From assembly GCA_964534375.1 (NCBI GenBank), contig CAZHPN010000016.1, forward strand, positions 1 through 52,657: a stretch of DNA of 52,657 bases, given 5' to 3'. Of this stretch, positions 9,865 to 17,849 are shown piece by piece. Source of the stretch: an uncultured bacterium (GTDB taxonomy: Bacteria; Lernaellota; Lernaellaia; Lernaellales; Lernaellaceae). Positions within the stretch are counted from its first letter, which is position 1. The number at the start of each line of letters is the position of its first letter. The position numbers and the translations under genes were made by a program. The notes under the pieces were generated by a model, which saw only the letters and a list, made by a program, of their open reading frames with translations, had not been told where the DNA came from and made no database searches.

Positions 9865-10307
9865 TCGGTATCGTCGTCGGCGGGGGTCGCCGAGATCACG
9901 ACCTGAAACAGCGGGCTGTCGTATGCGGATTGGCAATTGCTCTTGCTCGTGGCGATCACGTGAAAATACAGCGTGCACGTGCCCGAGGCACAGACCTGGC
10001 TGCCGGTGAAGGTGCGCAGGTAGCGCAGCGGATTGGTCTCTTCCTGCACCAGGTCGAGCGTGTTATTGGCGGATTGGCCGTTGGCGAAAAACGCCTGGGC
10101 GACGACGCTCGTCAGCGTCGCATTCGTCGTCGTGTCGTTCATACTCACCCAGATCACGTACTGCGTCTCGGCGTCGCCGGTTTGGGGAAGCAACTGCTGG
10201 GCGGCGAACGACGGGCATGACGAACTGCTGCTGTTGACGGCCGTGCAGGCCAACAGGGCCGCGACGACCAACCCCGACAAAATGAGCAAAAATATCCACT
10301 TGCGCAC
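9861..10307 (-). CDS. Small hypothetical lipoprotein
   Basis: Signal peptide with ALLA-C lipobox, GAGGG RBS and ATGA coupling to ispA. Confidence 0.8.
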   Translation of the reverse strand: MRKWIFLLILSGLVVAALLACTAVNSSSSSCPSFAAQQLLPQTGDAETQYVIWVSMNDTTTNATLTSVVAQAFFANGQSANNTLDLVQEETNPLRYLRTFTGSQVCASGTCTLYFHVIATSKSNCQSAYDSPLFQVVISATPADDDTE

Positions 10308-10424
10308 GTGGCGTTCCCTCCGCCGGAAGACGCCAATTTAGGGCGTGCGCCGCCGGGGGTCAACCCTTGCCGCGGAAACCGGGCGCGTCCTTCGACTTCG
10401 CCTGCGGGGCCATACCCGGCGGGG

Positions 10425-10494
10425 CGGGATTCGGGACCATGCGAATGAGGAATGGCGAATGGCGAATGGCGAATGTCTGTCCGGCATTCCGCAT
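10425..10494. repeat. Composite heptamer element (GGCGAAT)n + GTCTGTCCGGCATTCCGCAT
   Basis: The reverse complement of 10450-10494 matches 14351-14396 apart from a 1-nt indel. Confidence 0.85.
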
Positions 10495-11625
10495 TTACCG
10501 ATTGGCCGCCGCCTTATCCGACGCGGCTGCCGCGGCAACCGCCGGCGCGTCGCGCGATTCGCCGGGGGCGAGCACCCAAAAACGGTCCGCCGGCAGATTC
10601 GCGGCCGCGAGCGCGCGGCGCAGATCGCGCGGCGGCTGGTCCTGCGCGTCGTCGGCGAGTTGGAAGGTGCCGAAGTGAATGCCCATGCTGACCGGCGTTT
10701 CAAGATCGCCGGCCGCGCGCACGGCGTCGGCCGGGTTCATGTGCACCTGGCTCATGATCCACCGCGGTTCGTAGGCGCCGATCGGCAGCAGCGCCAGCCG
10801 CGGCGCGCCCAGCCGCTTGCGGACTTCGCGAAAATGCCAGGCGTAGCCGGTGTCGCCGCCGAAGAAGAGCGCGCCGGCCGGGCCTTTGACGAAAAAGCCG
10901 CCCCACAGCGTGCGGTCATGGTCGATGGCGTCGCGCGTGGAAAAATGCTGCGCCGGCGTGAAGACGATCGAGTGGCCGTCGCCCAGCGGCACTTCATCCC
11001 ACCAATCCATTTCCGTGACGCGTTGGATCCGCCGCCGCTCGAGATAGGCGCGATTGCCCAGCCCGGTGAAGAAGCGCGGGTGGTGCACACTGTTCAGGCG
11101 GCGCAGCGTCGGCACATCCATGTGATCGTAATGATTGTGGCTGAGCAGCACGACGTCAATCGGCGGCAAATCCTCGAAGCGAATGCCGGGCGGATGCACG
11201 CGCTGCGGGCCGGCCCACGAAACCGGGCTGGCGCGGTCCGACCAGATCGGATCGGTGAGGATATTCAGGCCGTCCATTTGCACCAGCACGGTCGCGTGAT
11301 TGATGAACGTCGCCCGCAACACCCCCGGCGCCGCGCGGCGGGCCGGCGGCGGCCCGGGCTGGACGTCGGTGCGCTCGCGCCAGTGCGGCGGCCGGCGCTT
11401 CGACGCCCACTTCAATAAATCGACGAAGCCGCGCTCATGACCGTGGATCGCCGGGTTGAAAAAACGCTCGCCGTCGAAATGATCGCTGCGCGGCCGCAAG
11501 ACCGTTTGCGCCGAAATTCCCATGTTCACCGCCAAAAACAAAAGCGCCGCATTGAGGAGCAAACCGGCGACGGCTGTGCGCAGCCAATGCTTGCCGACCC
11601 GGCGCGCGCTTTGTGTGTCTGCCAT
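10495..11625 (-). CDS. MBL-fold metallo-hydrolase, NAPE-PLD/RomA-like, with N-terminal signal/TM
   Basis: NHATVL, LTDPIWS, LSHNHYDHMD (HxHxDH), PAQHFS, GDTGY, LPIGAY, IHFGTF. Confidence 0.9.
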   Translation of the reverse strand: MADTQSARRVGKHWLRTAVAGLLLNAALLFLAVNMGISAQTVLRPRSDHFDGERFFNPAIHGHERGFVDLLKWASKRRPPHWRERTDVQPGPPPARRAAPGVLRATFINHATVLVQMDGLNILTDPIWSDRASPVSWAGPQRVHPPGIRFEDLPPIDVVLLSHNHYDHMDVPTLRRLNSVHHPRFFTGLGNRAYLERRRIQRVTEMDWWDEVPLGDGHSIVFTPAQHFSTRDAIDHDRTLWGGFFVKGPAGALFFGGDTGYAWHFREVRKRLGAPRLALLPIGAYEPRWIMSQVHMNPADAVRAAGDLETPVSMGIHFGTFQLADDAQDQPPRDLRRALAAANLPADRFWVLAPGESRDAPAVAAAAASDKAAANR

Positions 11626-11721
11626 TTTCTCCGCCGCTTCGCCGCGAGCCCACCCGGCCCGGCGAGCAAAGCCGGTAACGTTCATCCGATAGTAATCATT
11701 CGCGCTGCGCCCGCCAAGCCG

Positions 11722-11948
11722 GCAGCGAGCAGCGAACAGCGAACAAGCAACAGCGAACAGCGAACCGTAATACACTCGCGGTCCCGCCCGCGATCACGGG
11801 GCACGTCGTAGGCCGTTTGCGCCCCCTGTGGCGCGGCGACGCGGGAATTTTCGGGAACCGATGTTTCCGGGACGAGGGCTTCGCGTGACGGCGCCTTTTG
11901 AGCCGGTATTTTTGAATGCGGTCCGTTCGCTGTTCGCTGTTCCCTGTC
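11722..11948. repeat. Inverted pair of heptamer arrays, (CAGCGAA)n and (TTCGCTG)n, in a divergent intergenic region
   Basis: cagcgagcagcgaacagcgaacaagcaacagcgaacagcgaac near 11723-11765 and gttcgctgttcgctgttccctgt near 11925-11947. Confidence 0.8.
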
Positions 11949-12027
11949 CTAACTTGACTCCGCCTCGCCGGTCGCGTAAACCAAAAAACCAACAAAGCCG
12001 CCGCGCCATTCGGGCGCGACGGCGGGC

Positions 12028-14262
12028 GTGGGTGGCGAGCTGACGACACATTTCCGAACAGCAGCGGCGGATCTGAAGTCCCGCGCGGCGCGGCTCGAGC
12101 CGCACTTGCCGGCGGCGCTGCTCGCGGCGACGGTCCTGCTGTTCCTCGGTCTCTATTTCACCGGCGCGTTTCTGCACTCGCTCAACGACGACGAAAGCTA
12201 TTACGGCGACGGCGCCGCGGCGTTTGCGGACGGCGACGTGATGCTGCACAAGTTCGACACGGACAAGCCGCCGCTCGCGTTCCAGACGTTCGGCCTGATG
12301 CTGCTGCTCTTCGGCCGCACGGAAATGGCGCTGAAGCTGCCCAGCGCGCTGGCGCTGGCGGCGCTGCTGATCATCGTCTACCTGCTCGGCAAGGAAATTT
12401 TCGGCAAGGCGGCCGGCGTGCTGGCGGCCGGGCTGCTGGCGACCTCGCCGTACCTGGCGCGCGTCGGCATCGGCGCGATGACCGACGCGCTGGCGATCAT
12501 GTTTTTGCTGGGAGCGCTGCTCTACGCGGTGCGCGGCCGTTTGTGGGGCGCCGGCTTCTGCGTCGCCTGGGCGCTCTGCACGCGGCAGATGGCGGTGCTC
12601 TTTCTGCCGATTCCGTTCCTCGCCGGCTGGCTGATTCCCGAGCCACGGCAGCCGCTTTGGCCGCTGATCAAACGCTACTGCTGGGGGCTGTTCTGGCCTT
12701 CGCTCTGGCTTTGCCTGTGGTCGGGCCTGTTCGAGATGAAGCGCTTCGACTGGTTTTGGTCGGAGGTCTGGGGCGGCCACGTCGTCGAAGGCGGCGCCAA
12801 ATTGAGCCCGTGGGTCCGCCTCGACTACTGGTTCGGCCAGTTCGCGGACGACTTTTTTCTCTCGCCGCGATTGTGGCAGGCGGCGGCGGGCTGCGCCGTC
12901 GCCCTCGTCGCGTTCCGGCTGTTGCGCCGGGGGCAACCCGAGCCGCTGAGCCGGCCGGCAAAAAACACGTTGTGGCTGGCGGCCGGCGCGGCGCTCTACT
13001 ACCCGCTGATCCATACGGCGATCGGCATTCCGCTGTACGACCGCATGGTGTTCCCGGCGCTGCCGCTGGTCGACCTGCTGGCGGCCGTCGCGATCGTCCG
13101 GGCGGCGGCGGGGTTCGGGCTGACCGGCCGCTCGGCGAAATGGTGCGGCGCCGCGCTGCTGCTCGTGCTGCTGGTCGTCGGCATGCATCGCAACGTGCGG
13201 CCGTTTTACCAGGCCAAGGACCGCGAGGACGTGCCGGAGGTCGCGCGCTTCATCCGCCATCTGCCGCCCGGGAAAAAGGCCATGCTTTCGCTCGGGCTGG
13301 CGCGGTTGTTTTATTTTCAAGTGCATGGCACGGACTGCATCGTGCCGACCCGCCCGGCCAAACGCGACCGGCTCGAAGAATACGTACGCCACTACGGCGA
13401 CCGCCGCATCCTGTTTCTGCTCGGCGCGCGCGACGACGCCCAGATCGAGGACTGGCGAAAAGTTCTCGCGCCGCGGTACCGCATCGATTTCCTGATGCGC
13501 ACCTCGCGCGGCTTGTTGACGCTGTATGAAATCGCGCCGGGCGGGCGGTTTGTGGACGCGCCGAACGGCCGGGCGATCGAGATTTACGACGGCGGCTGGC
13601 CGGTGCAAATCCCCATCGCCGTCGACACGATCGCCGAGCGCCTGCGCGCCTACGTCGGCGTCGCGCTCGAATCCGCCGGCGAACCCGAGATCCGCATCGC
13701 GCCCGATCCGCAACGGCCGCTGGAAGAGGGATATTTTTCGGAGATCCGGCTGCGCGCGACCGGGGCCGTGCTGCGGCGTTTGCGGACGCAGTCGATCGAC
13801 GTCGAATATCGCAACGGCCGGCTCGACCTGCTCAAGCTCTTCGCGGCCGGCCAGTTGCACGTGACGAATTGCGAGCGCGTCGCGGGCGAGATCGACCTCA
13901 CCGAGGCCGACCTGACCGCCTTCCTGCAGAAAATGAACCCGTTCCTCAAGATCACCACGTTGTCGATCGCCGGCGGCGGCGTGCGAATGGCCGGCCAGGG
14001 GCTGTTCCACCGGAAATGGTACGATTTCAACATCGACGCCGCAGTGCGGCTCGATGCCAACGGCGACATACTGCTCGATTCGCGCCGCGTCGTCTTCGCC
14101 GGCTGGGCGGCGCCGGCGCTGCTGCGGCTGGAGGTCGACCACTGGGTGAATCCGACGTTCCGCACGCGGCTCGACGCGCTCGACCTGCAAGGCGCGACCC
14201 TGGAGGCGGAGCACGGCATGATCAAGCTGGGCCTGCAAATCAGCGGCGCGGCGGCGAAATAG
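12028..14262 (+). CDS. ArnT/PMT-like GT-C glycosyltransferase with a C-terminal LmeA/DUF2993-like domain
   Basis: N-terminal 'NDDESYY' and 'DKPPL' motifs plus TM helices. The C-terminal beta-rich region 'IRLRATG...IDVEY...LDLLKL...GEIDLTEADLTAFL' resembles DUF2993. Confidence 0.75.
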   Translation: MGGELTTHFRTAAADLKSRAARLEPHLPAALLAATVLLFLGLYFTGAFLHSLNDDESYYGDGAAAFADGDVMLHKFDTDKPPLAFQTFGLMLLLFGRTEMALKLPSALALAALLIIVYLLGKEIFGKAAGVLAAGLLATSPYLARVGIGAMTDALAIMFLLGALLYAVRGRLWGAGFCVAWALCTRQMAVLFLPIPFLAGWLIPEPRQPLWPLIKRYCWGLFWPSLWLCLWSGLFEMKRFDWFWSEVWGGHVVEGGAKLSPWVRLDYWFGQFADDFFLSPRLWQAAAGCAVALVAFRLLRRGQPEPLSRPAKNTLWLAAGAALYYPLIHTAIGIPLYDRMVFPALPLVDLLAAVAIVRAAAGFGLTGRSAKWCGAALLLVLLVVGMHRNVRPFYQAKDREDVPEVARFIRHLPPGKKAMLSLGLARLFYFQVHGTDCIVPTRPAKRDRLEEYVRHYGDRRILFLLGARDDAQIEDWRKVLAPRYRIDFLMRTSRGLLTLYEIAPGGRFVDAPNGRAIEIYDGGWPVQIPIAVDTIAERLRAYVGVALESAGEPEIRIAPDPQRPLEEGYFSEIRLRATGAVLRRLRTQSIDVEYRNGRLDLLKLFAAGQLHVTNCERVAGEIDLTEADLTAFLQKMNPFLKITTLSIAGGGVRMAGQGLFHRKWYDFNIDAAVRLDANGDILLDSRRVVFAGWAAPALLRLEVDHWVNPTFRTRLDALDLQGATLEAEHGMIKLGLQISGAAAK

Positions 14263-14263
14263 C

Positions 14264-16216
14264 ATGAACGAAATGCGGAATGCGGAATGCGGAATGCGGA
14301 ATGCCGGATCAGACATTCGCCATGACCGATTGCGGAATGCGGAATGCGGAATGCGGAATGCCGGACCAGACATTCGCCATTCGCCATTCGCCATTCGCCG
14401 TTCATTGTTCGCCCCGAGTCCCGAATCCCGAATCCCGATTCCCGATTCCCGATTCCCGAACCTGCCTGCGCCAAGGCTGCGGCAGGCAGGCCCCGAATCC
14501 CGAATCCCGAATCCCGAATCCCGCTCCCTATTGCCCGCCCTTTACATCGCCTTGTTCGCAATCGCCGCCGCGCTCTCGCTCTGGCGCCTGGGCGACACGC
14601 CGCTGATGGACATCGACGAATCGATGTACGCGGAGATCGCGCGGCACATGGTCGACAGCGGCGATTGGGTCACGCCGACCTTCGACGGCGCGGCGACGTT
14701 CCTCAAGCCGCCGCTCTATTACTGGCTCGTCGCACTGTCCATGAAATGCGTCGGGCAGACCGAGTTTGCGGTGCGCATCGTTTCCGGGCTCCTGGGGCTC
14801 GCCGCCGTGGCGCTGACGGCGCTTTTGGGCCGCTGGGTTTTTTCGCGGCGCGAGGGGTTGCTCGCCGGCCTGATTCTGGGGCTCTCGCCCGGTTTCGTGC
14901 TGATGATTCGCGTCAGCACGGTGGATATGACCCTGACGGCGTTTTTGACGCTGGCGTTCTACGGCTACGCGCGAATGATCGCCAAGGCGCCAGACGGCCG
15001 GCCGGCGCCGGACGCCATTTCGTTTCTGGCGATGTGGTTGGGCGCCGCGCTGGCGACGTTGACCAAAGGGCCGATCGGCCTGCTGATTCCGGCGCTTGTC
15101 GTCGGCCTGCACGGGATTGCGACGCGGCGGCTCAAGCGCCTGCTCGGTCTCTGGATTCCCGCCGGGCTCGCGCTGTATTTCGCGATCGTTCTGCCTTGGT
15201 ACGTCATCTGCACGATCCGGCACGGCATGGAGTTTTTGCAAGAGAACCTGCTGCACCACAACCTGGAAAAATTCTTCGTGAAAGGCATCTACCACGACAA
15301 GACCAACTACTTCTTCCTGCTGAAAAACTTCCAGTGGATGTTTTTCCCCTGGATTCTGATCATGGCCGTCGCGGCGCTCGTGCGCCTGGTCGATCTGGGC
15401 CGCGGCCCGGGCCGCCTGGCGCGGATCGGCGACGCGCCGCTGCTCTTCTGGATCTGGTTTTTGGCGCCGACGCTGGTGTTTTCGCTGTCGCAGTACAAGC
15501 TGCCGACGTACATCGCGCCGACGCTGCCGGCGTGCAGCCTGCTCGTGGCGCGCTGGCTGGATCGCGGGCTGCGCGGCGATTTCTGGCTGGCCTGGCTCGG
15601 CAAGGCGGCCCTGCTGCTGATGACCGTCGGCGGCTTGCTCGTCGTCTATTGGTGTCTCGCGCGGTTTTTCCCGATCTCGTCGGTTTTCGCGCGCACGCTG
15701 CCGCTGGTCGCGCTGCCGATTTTCGCGCTGCTCTCGTTGCTGGGAGGCAGCGAACGCCGGCGCGGCGCGGCGTTGGCCTTGGCGTGCGCGACGATGTTCG
15801 CGCTCGAAATCGTGCTGGTCGGTTACATCCAACCGCAGATTCACGCCTATTCGCCGTATCGCGAGGCCGGCCGCCTGATTCGCGAGAGCGCCCGCCCGGG
15901 CGACGAGTTTTTTGCGCTGCGCACGGGCATCACCGGCTCGCTGCTCTTCTACACGCGCTGCCGCTTCACCTGGGTGCACCGCGACGAGCAGTTGCGCGAC
16001 GTGCTGGCGAACAAAAACGGCCTGGCGATCATGGAAGGGCCGGATTATGACAAACTGCCGCCGGAACTGAAAGACCGGCTGACGCCCGTCGCGACCTGGC
16101 CGTTCTATCACGTGGCCAAGATGACCAGCAAATTTCTCTACGCCGCCACCCGGCCGGCGCAAATCTCGACCCTGCGGCTGTTTCGGCTGAAGGGCGCGGC
16201 CCCGCCGATCCCGTGA
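14264..16216 (+). CDS. ArnT-like (4-amino-4-deoxy-L-arabinose transferase-like) GT-C protein; N-terminus encoded by tandem repeats, alternative start TTG at 14531
   Basis: DIDESMYAEIARHM..SGDWVTP, KPPLYYW, EFAVR, TKGP, LPWY, KLPTYI. Confidence 0.9.
   Translation: MNEMRNAECGMRNAGSDIRHDRLRNAECGMRNAGPDIRHSPFAIRRSLFAPSPESRIPIPDSRFPNLPAPRLRQAGPESRIPNPESRSLLPALYIALFAIAAALSLWRLGDTPLMDIDESMYAEIARHMVDSGDWVTPTFDGAATFLKPPLYYWLVALSMKCVGQTEFAVRIVSGLLGLAAVALTALLGRWVFSRREGLLAGLILGLSPGFVLMIRVSTVDMTLTAFLTLAFYGYARMIAKAPDGRPAPDAISFLAMWLGAALATLTKGPIGLLIPALVVGLHGIATRRLKRLLGLWIPAGLALYFAIVLPWYVICTIRHGMEFLQENLLHHNLEKFFVKGIYHDKTNYFFLLKNFQWMFFPWILIMAVAALVRLVDLGRGPGRLARIGDAPLLFWIWFLAPTLVFSLSQYKLPTYIAPTLPACSLLVARWLDRGLRGDFWLAWLGKAALLLMTVGGLLVVYWCLARFFPISSVFARTLPLVALPIFALLSLLGGSERRRGAALALACATMFALEIVLVGYIQPQIHAYSPYREAGRLIRESARPGDEFFALRTGITGSLLFYTRCRFTWVHRDEQLRDVLANKNGLAIMEGPDYDKLPPELKDRLTPVATWPFYHVAKMTSKFLYAATRPAQISTLRLFRLKGAAPPIP
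14272..14523. repeat. Compound repeat block: (TGCGGAA)n, (CATTCGC)n, (CCCGAAT/CCCGATT)n and a palindrome at 14461-14490
   Basis: 57-nt-period duplication (14274-14323 / 14331-14380) and CCTGCCTGC...GCAGGCAGG hairpin. Confidence 0.92.
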
Positions 16217-16243
16217 TAATTCGCTGATTGAATGATTATTATG

Positions 16244-16310
16244 GTTTTTTTGACAGAGCCTGCCCCCGCTGATCCTGTCAAAAGAGGCCACCCTGATCCT
16301 GTCAAAAAAC
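16244..16310. repeat. Direct repeat CTGATCCTGTCAAAA x2 with an inverted TTTTGACAG; possible terminator or repeat element
   Basis: Copies at 16269-16283 and 16293-16307; inverted arm at 16248-16256. Confidence 0.7.
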
Positions 16311-16336
16311 AACCCGCGAGCGCCGGTCGCGCACGG

Positions 16337-16365
16337 TTGACGGGCACGGGCGGCGAAAGTAACTT
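16337..16365 (+). promoter_or_regulatory. Sigma70-type promoter of tRNA-Leu
   Basis: TTGACG-17 nt-TAACTT ending 12 nt before the tRNA. Confidence 0.65.
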
Positions 16366-16377
16366 CGAAACGGCTGC

Positions 16378-16459
16378 GCGGGCGTGGCGGAATTGGCAGA
16401 CGCGCTAGACTTAGGATCTAGTGTCCAAGGACGTGGGGGTTCAAATCCCCCCGCTCGCA
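16378..16459 (+). tRNA. tRNA-Leu (anticodon TAG); CCA not encoded
   Basis: Acceptor stem GCGGGCG/CGCTCGC, D-arm GGCGGAATTGGCAGACGC, anticodon arm CTAGA-CTTAGGA-TCTAG, long variable arm, T-arm GGGGG-TTCAAAT-CCCCC. Confidence 0.97.
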
Positions 16460-16472
16460 GAACACGATTGCC

Positions 16473-16928
16473 CTACTTCTTCTTGAACATCGCGTCGAGC
16501 GGGTTGTCGGATTTCTTCAGTTTCGACGGGTCGGCCAGCTTGGCCGCGAGGTCGGCTTTCATGCTTTCCTTTTTCGGGTCGAAGAAATCCTTGCTGAAGC
16601 GCTTGGCCGTTTCCTCGTTCTTCTGCGCCTGGGCGGCCTGAAATGCGGCGACCTCTTCGTCGATGCCGGGCTTGGCGTCCTTGCCCTCGAGTTCCTCGAT
16701 GCGGCGGTGGTCGTCGAGCAGCACGCGATCGCCGAAGGCTCCCGAAAGCAGCCGCACCGCGCCGAGTTCGGCCATTTTGTGCAGCAAATGGTGCACGGCT
16801 TCCAGGGAAAAGCCGATCAACTCCGCGACCTGCTCGGGCGACGGCGGCGTTTTCTCGCGGTGCAAATGCAGCAAAACGGCCGCTTCGATCAACCGGCCTT
16901 GTTCGTAAAGCGTCAGTTTGTCGGACAT
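16473..16928 (-). CDS. Hypothetical protein with probable N-terminal winged HTH and charged C-terminus
   Basis: HTH-like 'PPSPEQVAELIGFSLEAVHHLLHKMAELGAV'; coding-like codon usage. Confidence 0.75.
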   Translation of the reverse strand: MSDKLTLYEQGRLIEAAVLLHLHREKTPPSPEQVAELIGFSLEAVHHLLHKMAELGAVRLLSGAFGDRVLLDDHRRIEELEGKDAKPGIDEEVAAFQAAQAQKNEETAKRFSKDFFDPKKESMKADLAAKLADPSKLKKSDNPLDAMFKKK

Positions 16929-17007
16929 GGCGGCCCCCCCCCGGGATTTTCACTGCCCATAATCTACAACAATCAAGAGCCTCGTGGGAAATGCAGCAGC
17001 GAGCAAA

Positions 17008-17082
17008 AGTGACGAGTTACGAGTGACGAGCGACGAGCGGCGAGCGGCGGGACTGAAAATCCACAATCCGAAATCCGCAATA
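17008..17082. repeat. Heptamer arrays (GTGACGA/GCGACGA; AATCCGA/AATCCGC)
   Basis: gtgacgagttacgagtgacgagcgacgagcggcgag and aaatccacaatccgaaatccgcaat. Confidence 0.8.
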
Positions 17083-17086
17083 CCGC

Positions 17087-17776
17087 TCAACCTCGGCCAT
17101 CGAGTAACGCTCCCAGCGCCGCATACGTCAGCCCGGCAAAGTCGCGCACGTAAGCGAAGCAACCGGGTATGAGGCCGCGCGGGATGCGCGCATCGACGCC
17201 GAGCGTCGGCATGCCGGCGGCGAGCGCGCTGCGGACGCCGTTGGCGGAATCTTCGATCGCAACCGTCCGTGCCGGCGCCAACGGTCGGCCGGCGGCCTTC
17301 TCCACGGCCGCCAATCCGGTCAGGAACGGCGCCGGGTCGGGCTTGGTCGCCGCATATTCGCCGGCGGCGACGATCGCCGCGAAGCAATCGCGCAGGCCGA
17401 GGCGGCCGAGATGCCATTCGATCTCGTCGCGGCGCGCCCCGCTGACGACGCCCAGCGGCGCGTGTGTCGCGAGATCGCGCACGAATTCGCGCAACCCCGC
17501 CGGGTCGAGTTGGCGCGTCGTCACCAGCCTTGCGTAAATCGCGTTTTTCGCGGTCTGCAATTCCTGCTGTTGCGCCGCGCCGATCGTTCGCCCGCGCCGC
17601 GCCAGCAACAAGCGGAAAAACTCGTAGTCGGGCACGCCGAGCAGCGGCCCATAGAATTCTTCGTCGGTGTACGTGAGGCCCAGCGGCGTCAGCACCTCGC
17701 GCCACGCCTCGTTGTGCAGCGGCTCGTCGTCGATGATGACGCCGTTGAAATCGAAGAGGACGGCTTCGATGGGCAT
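17087..17776 (-). CDS. HAD-family phosphatase (beta-PGM/CbbY-like)
   Basis: Motif I LFDFNGVIIDDE, VSG, KPDP, IEDS..GV.SA..AGM. Confidence 0.9.
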   Translation of the reverse strand: MPIEAVLFDFNGVIIDDEPLHNEAWREVLTPLGLTYTDEEFYGPLLGVPDYEFFRLLLARRGRTIGAAQQQELQTAKNAIYARLVTTRQLDPAGLREFVRDLATHAPLGVVSGARRDEIEWHLGRLGLRDCFAAIVAAGEYAATKPDPAPFLTGLAAVEKAAGRPLAPARTVAIEDSANGVRSALAAGMPTLGVDARIPRGLIPGCFAYVRDFAGLTYAALGALLDGRG

Positions 17777-17794
17777 TGACTTCCCCTGCGACGA

Positions 17795-17821
17795 CAAAAC
17801 GAAGCCCCGCCGTAGCGGGGC
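17795..17821 (-). terminator. Rho-independent terminator downstream of the aminotransferase
   Basis: Minus strand GCCCCGC-TACG-GCGGGGC followed by TTCGTTTT. Confidence 0.65.
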
Positions 17822-17849
17822 CCCGTGGTCGATCGATCGGCGCGGTCGT

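Noticed and set aside
16378..16500. tRNA-Leu as an integration site of a prophage or island
   Set aside because: No integrase, and no duplicated tRNA 3' end seen in the window
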